From assembly GCA_963718525.1 (NCBI GenBank), contig OY970355.1:896001-960000 (forward strand): 64,000 bases of DNA, in the 5' to 3' direction. Both the position numbers and the translations under genes were made by a program. The DNA is from Candidatus Dormiibacterota bacterium. Its GTDB lineage: Bacteria > Chloroflexota > Dormibacteria > Aeolococcales > Aeolococcaceae. Positions 49,027 to 57,911 of this stretch are shown one piece after another. The notes under the pieces are model-generated. The model had not been told where the DNA came from, did no database searches, and saw only the letters and a program-made list of their open reading frames with translations. Position 1 is the first letter of the stretch. The number at the start of each line of letters is the position of its first letter.

Positions 49027-49075
49027 GTCTCCATTCTCAGGTTTTGGGCGCGAACGGTTGGACTACGATGGTGAT

Positions 49076-49549
49076 ATGGCAGTTGGCTCTGCGCCCGTCG
49101 ACGACGATCTCTATCGCGAGATCATCCTCGACCATTATCGAAATCCCCGTCACCATCAGGCTGTTGACCCCGCGGATCGTGTCATCGAGGCGAACAACCC
49201 GCTCTGCGGCGACGAGATCGACCTCAGCTACCGGCTCGACAACGGCACCGTTGCAGCAATCGGGTTCATGGGGCGAGGCTGCTCGATCAGTCAGGCTTCG
49301 GCGAGCATGCTCTGCGAGGCCGTTACCGGCATGACCGTCGCCGACGCTGCGTCGCTCGCCGAGCGATTCCGGACGATGCTGACCGGAGATGGAACCCTGC
49401 CTCCGGGTAGCGACGACATCGGCGATCTCGAGGCACTTCGCGGCGTGCGGGCGTACCCGGTACGGGTCAAGTGCGCGACGCTCGTCTGGAACGCGCTCCT
49501 CGAGGGGCTCACCGCAACCGCCACATCGCCAGCGAGGACCGAGCAATGA
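49076..49549 (+). CDS. sufU: SufU (SUF-system NifU-like) protein
   Basis: ILDHYRNPR, NPLCGD, GCSISQASAS, RVKCA. Confidence 0.94.
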   Translation: MAVGSAPVDDDLYREIILDHYRNPRHHQAVDPADRVIEANNPLCGDEIDLSYRLDNGTVAAIGFMGRGCSISQASASMLCEAVTGMTVADAASLAERFRTMLTGDGTLPPGSDDIGDLEALRGVRAYPVRVKCATLVWNALLEGLTATATSPARTEQ

Positions 49550-49905
49550 GCACTGCAGAACCGATGTCGCACACCGAGCCGGCCGAGCTCAAGGAGGCCA
49601 AGGCGTCGGATGCGCTGATCCGCGCAGCGCTCAGTGAGGTGTACGACCCCGAGATCGGCATCGACATCGTGTCGCTCGGCCTCATCTATGGCACCAACAT
49701 CGACGATGACGGCCTGCTGACCATCGAGATGACCCTGACCACACCCTACTGCCCGATGGGCCCGATCATCGAGACGCAGGCGCATGCCGTCTGCGCTCCG
49801 CTTCCCGGCGTGCGGGATGTGCACATCAACCTGGTGTGGACGCCGCCCTGGGACCCGCGCACCATGGCCTCGGACGAGGCCCAGCTCGAGCTCGGCATCT
49901 ACTGA
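49546..49905 (+). CDS. sufT: DUF59/SufT metal-sulfur cluster biosynthesis protein
   Basis: VYDPEIGIDIVSLGLIY, MTLTTPYCP, PPW. Confidence 0.9.
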   Translation: MSTAEPMSHTEPAELKEAKASDALIRAALSEVYDPEIGIDIVSLGLIYGTNIDDDGLLTIEMTLTTPYCPMGPIIETQAHAVCAPLPGVRDVHINLVWTPPWDPRTMASDEAQLELGIY

Positions 49906-49944
49906 TCTCGACGCCGGACCGTCCGGTCTGGCATCGTCTGCTGC

Positions 49945-50313
49945 ATGGAGCGCGTCTTCACGCACGCGGAGGCGACGGGGTTGCTCCCGCGGCTCACCGA
50001 GCTGCTCACGGAGCTGCGCCGCGCCCATCGCGCTGCGCTGAACGACGCGGTCGAGCCCGAGCATGGCCCGGTGTCCTCCAACGGCTCGGCGGCGGCAGCG
50101 ATGACGGCGTCTGGCCCGTTCCACGAAGCCCAGCAGCTGGCAGGGGAGATCGATCAGCTCGGCGTGATCCTTCGTGATCCCGACACCGGGCTCGTGGACT
50201 TCGCGTCGGTCCGCGACGGCAGTCCCGTTTACCTGTGCTGGCGGTTGGGAGAAGACCGGATCGGCTTCTGGCACCCTCGCGACACCGGGTTCATGGGCCG
50301 GCTGCCGCTCTGA
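49945..50313 (+). CDS. DUF2203 family protein
   Basis: FT..EA..LLP, GLVDF, YLCWRLGE, WH....GF.GR.PL. Confidence 0.88.
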   Translation: MERVFTHAEATGLLPRLTELLTELRRAHRAALNDAVEPEHGPVSSNGSAAAAMTASGPFHEAQQLAGEIDQLGVILRDPDTGLVDFASVRDGSPVYLCWRLGEDRIGFWHPRDTGFMGRLPL

Positions 50314-50321
50314 TCGCCGGC

Positions 50322-50981
50322 TCAGGGCCTGGTGAATTCCGCGATCCTGGAGATGTCCTCGGGAGTCATGCGAACGAAGAGCACCAGATCGTCGCTGCGA
50401 TCGAGGAAGCGCACCTGGATCACCAGGTCGTGCTTGAACAACCCCTTGGGGCGCACCACGATTCCCACCAGCTCGCCCTCATCGAGGAGCACGTCCTGAA
50501 CTGTCCCGAGGACCTGCCCGGTGTGCCCGATCATCACTCGTTCGCCGCGGCTGATCTCGATATCTCCTGCAGCTTTATTCCTGACCGCGTCGATGAGTGG
50601 GAACGCGCCCGGGACGGCGCCGACCAGCGCGGCCGCATACCGCCACTGATCTCCTCGCTGCAAGGGTGCGTACTGATAGCTCAGGTATGGCGGCAGAGCG
50701 CGCGTCGCGCGCTTGTCCAGATTGAGGCGAACGTCGTCCGAGCTGACCTCGGCCACGGCATCCAGGGGCACGATCACCTCGGCGACGAGCAGGCCCGAAC
50801 CTGGTGCGAGCGTGCGGCCGGAGAACCACTCGGTCTCCTGCACGATCAGCGCATGCGGATCCAGCGAGTCGCCGTCGACGACGATCCGCTGCAGGGCCCC
50901 GGCGTGATGACCGTCGGACGTATGTACCTGCGCGCCGAGGTGGAAGTCCTCGAGGCTGTGCCCCCTCCGGTCGCCGGTCAC
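50322..50981 (-). CDS. PRC-barrel domain protein (two PRC-like repeats)
   Basis: G..V...DG...G.L..IVVD and G..V....G..LG.V.DV..D repeats. Confidence 0.75.
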   Translation of the reverse strand: MTGDRRGHSLEDFHLGAQVHTSDGHHAGALQRIVVDGDSLDPHALIVQETEWFSGRTLAPGSGLLVAEVIVPLDAVAEVSSDDVRLNLDKRATRALPPYLSYQYAPLQRGDQWRYAAALVGAVPGAFPLIDAVRNKAAGDIEISRGERVMIGHTGQVLGTVQDVLLDEGELVGIVVRPKGLFKHDLVIQVRFLDRSDDLVLFVRMTPEDISRIAEFTRP

Positions 50982-51013
50982 GCCAAACGCCTGAAGCCGG
51001 GTACAATTTCGAG

Positions 51014-51195
51014 GCGTCTCTCGGCCCGGACCCGCCCCGCCTTCAACACGACGCATGCGGACGCGGTGCCGTGGCACTCAGGCAAAAGGAGGAACCTAGC
51101 CCATGACAGATTCTTCGAGTACCGCCTCCTTCCCGACCAGCGCAGTGGTGGAGAGCTGACCGCAGGTAGCCAGGTCACCACTCGGAGAGAGGCGC
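51014..51195 (+). ncRNA. ssrS: Probable 6S RNA
   Basis: TACAAT at 51002; about 182-nt long irregular hairpin with GCGTCTCTC/GAGAGGCGC closing stem, inner stems 51023-35/51162-76 and 51039-49/51146-57, a central bubble and an AGGAGG/CCTCCT apical stem. Confidence 0.6.
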
Positions 51196-51275
51196 AAACC
51201 GTCGCACTCGGCGGTCTCTCCACGCATTTGCGCTAACCGCGGCCGCGCCGCGGCTCGAGCCACTCACCGGCTTTG

Positions 51276-51917
51276 TTAGGTGAACCGCGCCGTCTCGATC
51301 TGCGCCGCGCGGGTCGAGACGGCCGGCGCCGGAACGATCTGGTCGCTCTCGACCCAGCCCTCGTCCGCGCCGACGCGGACTTTCACGAACTGTCCGCTGC
51401 GCTCTGGGAGAGCCTCGACCTCGGTGGCTGTGAGAATCTCGCGCCCACGAGTTGCGTCGTGCCGCGGCTCAAGGAAGAGGCGATACGGCATTCCGGCCCA
51501 GGACGCGACAAGCGTCACTGGCCCTGGCGGGATGCGCCGTTCGCGGTAGAGCGTCCTCGAATCTGCCGCGCCTGCGGTCAGCAGCCGGATCACCTGCAGG
51601 GCTCGGGTGCTCGGACCGCGATCGGCCTTACCCATCGCCTTGGAGATCAGGCCGCCGCCCGAGCTGGCTTCGACCTCGACCCAGGTTCCCTCAGTGGTCG
51701 TCACGGCACGACAGCGAACCCAGCGGATGCGGACCTTTGGGCGACCCCACTGCCCGAACAGGCCGCGGCGGCGGTGCTCGATGATCCGCGCCTCGCTCTC
51801 ACCGACGACCTCGTAGCGATATGGAGCGGAGCCGATCATCTGCTCCATGACCGCGAACACCTCGCGTGGGGGAGCAGCAGACAGGAGTCGCCACGTCTGC
51901 GCGGAAGGGGCCAGCAT
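51276..51917 (-). CDS. Hypothetical protein with C-terminal SH3b-like domain
   Basis: EVEALPERSGQFVKVRVGADEGWVESDQI pattern; TACAAT upstream of the ATG. Confidence 0.7.
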   Translation of the reverse strand: MLAPSAQTWRLLSAAPPREVFAVMEQMIGSAPYRYEVVGESEARIIEHRRRGLFGQWGRPKVRIRWVRCRAVTTTEGTWVEVEASSGGGLISKAMGKADRGPSTRALQVIRLLTAGAADSRTLYRERRIPPGPVTLVASWAGMPYRLFLEPRHDATRGREILTATEVEALPERSGQFVKVRVGADEGWVESDQIVPAPAVSTRAAQIETARFT

Positions 51918-51943
51918 CGCCCCCGGATTGTAGCGGGGGGCGC

Positions 51944-52327
51944 TCAGGCCTCCGACGGCCCGATCGCGGGTGCCACGAGGATGGTGTAGCGCTCGCACAT
52001 CGTGTCGAAGCGTGCAGCCGTATATGCGTCGAGCAGCGATCGGTGGCGCTGCACCAGGGGAGCGATGTACTCACGGAGATACGGTCCCCGAGCCGACCAC
52101 TGGTAGTAGGAGCGCCCGCCGTGGTGGTATGGGCCATAGAGCGCGCTGCCCGGGTAGGTCCTGCGCATCCACTCGAAGGTCTCCTCGTGGCGGACATGCA
52201 TCCGCAGCGTCACCTGCGGCTGGCGGCCGTCGCCGCCGAAGTGGCCCTCGCCGACCAGCAGGCCCAGGAGGAAACCGACCGAGAGGTCGTCCGGTTCGGG
52301 AGAAGAAGCGGGGGTGAGGGACGCCAC
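51944..52327 (-). CDS. Free-standing single-motif LAGLIDADG-family protein (127 aa)
   Basis: GFLLGLLVGEGHF motif followed by a strand-helix-strand-strand-helix pattern; GTG start 6 nt below TATCGT. Confidence 0.7.
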   Translation of the reverse strand: MASLTPASSPEPDDLSVGFLLGLLVGEGHFGGDGRQPQVTLRMHVRHEETFEWMRRTYPGSALYGPYHHGGRSYYQWSARGPYLREYIAPLVQRHRSLLDAYTAARFDTMCERYTILVAPAIGPSEA

Positions 52328-52333
52328 GCGGCA

Positions 52334-52377
52334 ACGATAGATGGCCGCTGTTTCACCGTCAAGTTGTTTGCGAAACA
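52334..52377 (-). promoter_or_regulatory. Promoter TTGACG-N17-TATCGT with inverted repeat TGTTTCAC-N13-GCGAAACA flanking the -35
   Basis: -35 at 52362-52357, -10 at 52339-52334; half-sites at 52349-52356 and 52370-52377. Confidence 0.6.
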
Positions 52378-52548
52378 TCGCTCGACCCCACCCACTCGAG
52401 CGGGGACGGTTTTCCACAGGTCCGAGCCGCGTTGTGCCATCTCCAACTCGCAACCACGCCACGGCCGCGCCGCGAGCCTGGGGAAACCCGGGATAACTCG
52501 ATGTCCGGCGGGGGGCCGCCGCGATCCGGCCATAATCAGCCGCTAACC

Positions 52549-53358
52549 GTGCCACCGAGCATCCTCGCAGTCGCCAATCAGAAGGGCGGTGTCGGAAAGA
52601 CGACGACGGCCGTCAGCGTGGGCGCAGCGCTCGCGGAGATGGGCCGGAAGGTCCTCCTCATCGACGTCGACCCCCAGGCCAATGCCACGTCCGGGCTCGG
52701 CATCGATCGAAATCGCGTCGAGACGAGCGTCTACGACGTGATCGTGATGGGTAGGTCGCTCGCGGACGCGCGCCTGCAGACGGCTGTCCCAGGCCTTGAC
52801 ATCGTTCCGTCCGCAATTGCGCTGGCCGGTTCGGAGATCGAGTTGGTCGATCTCGCCCGTCGGGAGCGCCGTCTCCAATACGCGCTGGAGGCTCTGGGGT
52901 CCGACGACGACTACGTGCTGATTGATTCCCCCCCTAGCCTCGGGCTGCTTGCGATCAATGCCGTCGTCGCCGCGGACGCACTCCTCATCCCGATTCAGTG
53001 CGAGTTCTACGCCCTCGAGGGCCTCGGGCTGCTCATGCACACGCTGGCGCTGCTGCGCAGAGAGCTGAATCCGACACTCAGAATCGCCGGCATCGTGATG
53101 ACCCTCTTCGACGCCCGGCTTGCACTCGCCCATCAGGTCGTCGACGAGGTTCGCGCGCGTTTTGGAGACCAGTTGCTGACCCCGCTCATCCCCCGCAACG
53201 TCCGCTTGAGCGAAGCGCCGAGCCACGGCGTTCCGATCACCCTCTATGACCCCACCTGTCGCGGCGCGATCGCCTACCGGGAGCTCAGCGTGAACCTCGA
53301 TGAGCGGATCCGGGGCGGCGCTCTCCTCGCGGCCGCGAGCTCCCCAGGCCCGGCATGA
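52549..53358 (+). CDS. parA: Chromosome partitioning ATPase ParA/Soj
   Basis: ANQKGGVGKTTT, DPQANATSGLG, IDSPPSLG, IPRNVRLSEAPS. Confidence 0.96.
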   Translation: MPPSILAVANQKGGVGKTTTAVSVGAALAEMGRKVLLIDVDPQANATSGLGIDRNRVETSVYDVIVMGRSLADARLQTAVPGLDIVPSAIALAGSEIELVDLARRERRLQYALEALGSDDDYVLIDSPPSLGLLAINAVVAADALLIPIQCEFYALEGLGLLMHTLALLRRELNPTLRIAGIVMTLFDARLALAHQVVDEVRARFGDQLLTPLIPRNVRLSEAPSHGVPITLYDPTCRGAIAYRELSVNLDERIRGGALLAAASSPGPA

Positions 53359-54257
53359 GTGACATGGCGCCCAGGGCATTCCGCCGCCGCGGCCTGGGCC
53401 GCGGGCTCGACGCACTCCTCACCAGCGAAACCGAAGCCGAGGAAGGATCGCCGCTGATCAGCGTTGATCCGCGACTGGTCGCGCCCAACCCGGAGCAGCC
53501 TCGCCGCGCCTTCGAACCGGATGCGCTCGCGGCGCTTGGCGACTCCATCCGCCTTCACGGCCTGCTCCACCCGATCGTCATCCAGCGCGAGGGTGACTCG
53601 TTCAGCCTCGTCGCCGGCGAACGGCGCCTTCGAGCCGCCCAGCTTGCCGGGGTCTCGACGATTCCGGCGATCGTCAGGCCGGCGGCCGAATCCAGCCGCC
53701 ACCAGCTGGAGATGGCGCTCACCGAGAACCTGCTTCGAACCGACCTCAACCCGATGGAGGAGGCCGCCGCCTACGCCCGCCTGTCAGATGCCTTCGGCCT
53801 CACCCACGAGGCCATAGCGCTCCGCCTGGGGCGCAGTCGGTCGGGCGTCTCCAACGCGATCCGGCTCCTCGATCTCCCGGCCCCTGTCCAGGAGGCGGTC
53901 GCCGACTCGCGGCTCACGGCAAGCCACGCGCGGGCGCTGCTGGTCCTGCCGCTCACTGCCGATCAGGAGGCTGTGGCAGCTCTGGTGATCGCAGATGGCC
54001 TCAACGTCCGTGAGACCGAGCGCCTGGTCCAGGAGCGGCTCACGCGGGCGCCGGCGGCACTCCAGCGCCCCTCGGCGACCGCCCGCACGCACGCGGCCCC
54101 GGACGATGTCGCATTGCGACGCGGCCTCGAGCATGCGCTCGGGGTCTCCGTCCGCCTCCAGCGCCGAAAGGGCGGCGGCGGCAGGATCGTCATCGACTGG
54201 GCTGAGGAGTCCGACCTCGACGCGCTCTATCGCAAGCTCGGGGGCCCCCCGCTTTAG
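53355..54257 (+). CDS. parB: Chromosome partitioning protein ParB/Spo0J
   Basis: GLGRGLDALL, NPEQPR, AGERRLRA, ENL.R.DLNP.EEA, HTH. Confidence 0.96.
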   Translation: MSDMAPRAFRRRGLGRGLDALLTSETEAEEGSPLISVDPRLVAPNPEQPRRAFEPDALAALGDSIRLHGLLHPIVIQREGDSFSLVAGERRLRAAQLAGVSTIPAIVRPAAESSRHQLEMALTENLLRTDLNPMEEAAAYARLSDAFGLTHEAIALRLGRSRSGVSNAIRLLDLPAPVQEAVADSRLTASHARALLVLPLTADQEAVAALVIADGLNVRETERLVQERLTRAPAALQRPSATARTHAAPDDVALRRGLEHALGVSVRLQRRKGGGGRIVIDWAEESDLDALYRKLGGPPL

Positions 54258-54279
54258 GATCGAACCGGGTCCCGCAGGT

Positions 54280-54912
54280 TCAGCCGACGGGGCGGTCCGC
54301 TGCTCCGGTCAGGCGCGCCTCCGCCGCGTCCGCGTCGAAGTTCGCGAGGAAGGCCTCGATGTACTTCGGACGGTCGGCGGGCTTGTAATCGAGCAGGAAA
54401 GCGTGCTCCCACACGTCCATCACGACGATCGGCTTGAACCCGGCGATGTTACCGTCCTCGTGCAGGGTGATCCAGTGGTTGCTGAGCCTCCCGGTTGCCG
54501 TGTCCAGGAAGGTCACTGCCCAGCCCACGCCGCGCATTCCCCCGATCGCCGTGAAGTCCTTGCGCCAGGTGTCGATGTCGCCGAACGACTCGCCGAGTGC
54601 GCGCCCCAATGGGGATGAGGATGAGATGCCCCCGCCGCTCGCCTTGGTGAGGTTGCCGAAATACCACTCGTGGAGAACCATCCCGTTGTACTCGAAGCCG
54701 AGCCGGCGGGTGATCTCCGAGTACGACGGATTCGACGCCAGGCCCTGGCCCGCCTGCTGCATCGTGACCAGCTGCTCGTTGAGGAGGTTCGTGTTTTTGA
54801 CATAACCGGCATAAAGTCCGAAATGGACTTCGAGCGTGTTGTCCGAGATGCCGGTCAGGCCCGATAGGTCGAACGTCTTGGCCTTGTACGGGGTCTGCGT
54901 CAGGAGCGCCAT
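54280..54912 (-). CDS. Fe/Mn superoxide dismutase family protein
   Basis: EVHFGLYAGYV, LHEWYF, G.GW, DVWEHAF. Confidence 0.9.
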   Translation of the reverse strand: MALLTQTPYKAKTFDLSGLTGISDNTLEVHFGLYAGYVKNTNLLNEQLVTMQQAGQGLASNPSYSEITRRLGFEYNGMVLHEWYFGNLTKASGGGISSSSPLGRALGESFGDIDTWRKDFTAIGGMRGVGWAVTFLDTATGRLSNHWITLHEDGNIAGFKPIVVMDVWEHAFLLDYKPADRPKYIEAFLANFDADAAEARLTGAADRPVG

Positions 54913-54990
54913 CTTCTGCCTCGTGTATCAAGCGGGTCCACGGTGGTGGTGCACATTCTGGCAGCGTTGGACCGGGGCCCGCAGGGCGAT

Positions 54991-57045
54991 TCAGCCGGCC
55001 GGCGCGACGATGTCCACCGGTCTGTCGTAGCTCGTGTACGTGTCCGTCATGAAGTGACCGGGGGCGTCCATCGCCACCTGCCGGACGCGTCCGGTGGCGT
55101 CGATCCAGAACGTGAACCAGATCGGCGTGGACTGCGAATTCCCGAAGCTCGCCACCATCGTGGTCGGGATGCCGCCGAGCGTCTGCCGGCCGACCACATG
55201 AGCGTTGGTCAACGGCCTGAAGTAGTCCCACACGAATGATGGGACCGTGTCCACCGGCGATGTCTGGTGCTGCCACGGACCGCCGGGGGCTTGCTGCGTG
55301 TAGAGGTTCGTGCCGATCCAGATGGTCGTGCCCGCGTTGTTGATCGTCCAGGTCGTGCGGTCAGGCGCGTCCGACGAGTAGACACCGCTGATCGTCGCGG
55401 TGCCGGAGCTGAGGACCTCCTTGAACTGGTAGGAGGTCAACGCGTGCATCGCGGTGTCGAGCTGCGCCAGCAGCGTGTCGCCGGGTGGCGCCGGGAGCGC
55501 CGGGATGGTGAACACCGCCTCACCACCAATGCCGTTGAGCACGTCCACCCACACCCTGTCGCCGGGGTGGATATCGATCGTCGCGCTGCGGCAGGTGTCC
55601 CCGCAGGTGCGCAATGCCGTGTAGACGCCGTTGACCGCGATGTTCGCGGCGACGCCTCGGGCCGACGCGGTGCCATCGATGGGGAGGACATACACCGTGG
55701 CGCGGTTCGGGCCGGGCAGCCCCGGTGAGAGGCTGAGGCCGACCAGGTCGCTGCCGGCCGCGCCCGCCATCGTGAGCTCGTCGCCAGTGGGAAGCCCCGC
55801 TGCCGGCGTCGCCGCCGCGGCTTCCGCAAGCTGCTGTGCGGCGGCCGTGGGTGGGGTCGGAAACGAGGCGAGGAGCGCGGCCGCCGCGACCACGCCGGCA
55901 GCGAGCGCCGCCTCGACGCGGACGTGTGGTCGCTTCAGCCGCCACGCCATCGCCGAGAGCGGCAGCATCAGGGCGACCAGCGCCATTTTGGCCAGGAGGA
56001 CCCGTCCGTAGGCCGTGCCGAAGAGGGCCTGGACCGAGCCGAGCTGCGTGATGGCTTCGAGCCCACCCGCGACGACCGTTGCCGCGAACGCGCCGAGCGC
56101 CACCGGTGTGAACCTTGCCAGGAGGATCCGCGCCTCCGCCGAACGCCAACCCCCCGGAGGGTGCTGCAGCGCCAGCGCCGCGATCCCGCCGGCCCAGAGC
56201 CCTGCGGCGAGCAGATGCACGGCGTCGAGCCCGATCCCGTACCAGGCCGGGCTGACACCTGCGGCATGGCCTGAGGCGGCGAGCATCACCAGAGCGCCGG
56301 CCAGCCAGACCGGCAGGCTGCGCCAGCCCCGCGCCACCGCGACGAGCGTCAGCGTTTCGAAGCCGAGCCGCGCGATCAACGCGGCCCCGGAGAACCCATT
56401 GAAGAACGCGAGGTAGTTGGCGATGCTGTGCCCCCCCGATCCGACGGTGGCCTCGGACCACACGGTCACCAGCCCGGCGGAGAGCGCAACGCTTGAAGCA
56501 CGGAACCTCGCGGCCACCCACTCGAGCGGCCGCGGTCGCCTGGCCAGGGTGGTGATCAGCAGCTGGCCGGCCAGAAAGAGCAGCGCGAGCGCCTCCACCC
56601 ACTTCACCACCCCGATGGCGATGTCCGACGGCTGCGGGCCGGGGACGGCGTTGGCGGCGAGCTGAGACGGCGTGCTTCCGGCCACCCCGACGTCAAAGGT
56701 GAAGCTGCTGGTGATGCGGTGCCCGTCGAAGGTACTCACCGAGGTCCAATCGACCGTGTAGACCCCCGACGCGTTCGTGGCCATCGGAATGCGTATCTCG
56801 TACGCGCTGTCGACCTTGCCGGCCCACACGTGTCCGGTTGGATCGACCACTGTCGCCTGTGAGAGGCTGGCGTTGAGCGGCTGGTCGAAGTCGAGAGACA
56901 CGACCCCTGGAGCCGTCCCGAGATGGGCGCCGGCCGGGGGAGACGAGGCGCTGAGCAGCGCGTGCGCCGAGGCCGCCATCGGAATGATCAGGGCCGCGGA
57001 GATCGCGATCACCACCGCGGCGAGGCGGCGAACCCCCGTTGTCAC
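54991..57045 (-). CDS. CopC-CopD copper resistance/uptake fusion with extra extracytoplasmic domains
   Basis: Signal peptide then HA.L..SSP and S.FDGH (CopC); SGHA, HLLAAGLWAGG, YGRVLLAK (CopD). Confidence 0.9.
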   Translation of the reverse strand: MTTGVRRLAAVVIAISAALIIPMAASAHALLSASSPPAGAHLGTAPGVVSLDFDQPLNASLSQATVVDPTGHVWAGKVDSAYEIRIPMATNASGVYTVDWTSVSTFDGHRITSSFTFDVGVAGSTPSQLAANAVPGPQPSDIAIGVVKWVEALALLFLAGQLLITTLARRPRPLEWVAARFRASSVALSAGLVTVWSEATVGSGGHSIANYLAFFNGFSGAALIARLGFETLTLVAVARGWRSLPVWLAGALVMLAASGHAAGVSPAWYGIGLDAVHLLAAGLWAGGIAALALQHPPGGWRSAEARILLARFTPVALGAFAATVVAGGLEAITQLGSVQALFGTAYGRVLLAKMALVALMLPLSAMAWRLKRPHVRVEAALAAGVVAAAALLASFPTPPTAAAQQLAEAAAATPAAGLPTGDELTMAGAAGSDLVGLSLSPGLPGPNRATVYVLPIDGTASARGVAANIAVNGVYTALRTCGDTCRSATIDIHPGDRVWVDVLNGIGGEAVFTIPALPAPPGDTLLAQLDTAMHALTSYQFKEVLSSGTATISGVYSSDAPDRTTWTINNAGTTIWIGTNLYTQQAPGGPWQHQTSPVDTVPSFVWDYFRPLTNAHVVGRQTLGGIPTTMVASFGNSQSTPIWFTFWIDATGRVRQVAMDAPGHFMTDTYTSYDRPVDIVAPAG

Positions 57046-57118
57046 GTTCCCATGATGGAGCAGCGCCACGTCGCCCCCGCCGTGGTGCTCTCGGTGCTTC
57101 GCCTCATAATCGGGCCGA

Positions 57119-57898
57119 GTGGCCCAGGTTCTCCCGCCCCCGGAAGCGACGCGCGCGCCCAGCCCATGGTGGCGAGGATCGTGGGTCCGAGACACCGTCG
57201 AGGTGCTCCTGATCGCCGTGATCCTCTACGTCGCCATCGCCTTCGCGCTGCAGACGGTTCGCGTCGACGGCGAGAGCATGCAGAACACCTTGCAGAACCA
57301 GGACCTGTTGCTCGCCAGCAAGATCTCGTACGACTTCGGCGGTAACCCGCAACGCGGCGACATCGTGATCCTGATCCCGCCCACCGATCCCTCCCAGGAC
57401 TTCATCAAGCGGGTCATCGGACTTCCCGGCGATGTCATCGAGATCGACGGAGACCACACCCCCACCGAGGTGCTCATCAAGCCCGGCGGGAAGGGGCCGT
57501 TCGAGGTCTTGAACGAGCCCTATCTTCCCGAGCGGTGGACCACGCTCAAATTCTGCTGCACTCCGGGCGGGACGGCCACGTCGACACCGCAGCCACTGGC
57601 GATTCCCGCGAACGAGTACTTCGTGATGGGCGACAACCGTAACTACTCGAGCGACTCGCGCGTCTTTGGCCTGGTGCCCCGCAAGAACATCCTTGCGAAG
57701 GCAATCCTGCGCATCTGGCCCATCGGCAATTTCGGCGCCCTCGGCTCGGGGCCGACCCTCGAGCCCGTGACCAGCACGGCACTTGCCCTTCCCGCGCTGG
57801 GCATCGCGGCACTGGAATCGTGGCGCTGGCGCCGCCGCAGGATCCGGAGGCTGGTCGCGGCGCAGGCGGGGCAGACCACCGCCGACCCTCCCGTCTAG
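57119..57898 (+). CDS. lepB: Signal peptidase I
   Basis: GESMQNTL, FIKRVIGLPGD, MGDNRNYSSDSR. Confidence 0.95.
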   Translation: MAQVLPPPEATRAPSPWWRGSWVRDTVEVLLIAVILYVAIAFALQTVRVDGESMQNTLQNQDLLLASKISYDFGGNPQRGDIVILIPPTDPSQDFIKRVIGLPGDVIEIDGDHTPTEVLIKPGGKGPFEVLNEPYLPERWTTLKFCCTPGGTATSTPQPLAIPANEYFVMGDNRNYSSDSRVFGLVPRKNILAKAILRIWPIGNFGALGSGPTLEPVTSTALALPALGIAALESWRWRRRRIRRLVAAQAGQTTADPPV

Positions 57899-57911
57899 CG
57901 ACTCCGACGGA

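Noticed and set aside
51103-51159. 18-aa micro-ORF as a stand-alone gene
   Set aside because: Its SD is predicted to be paired within the RNA rod; a structural RNA explains the region better.
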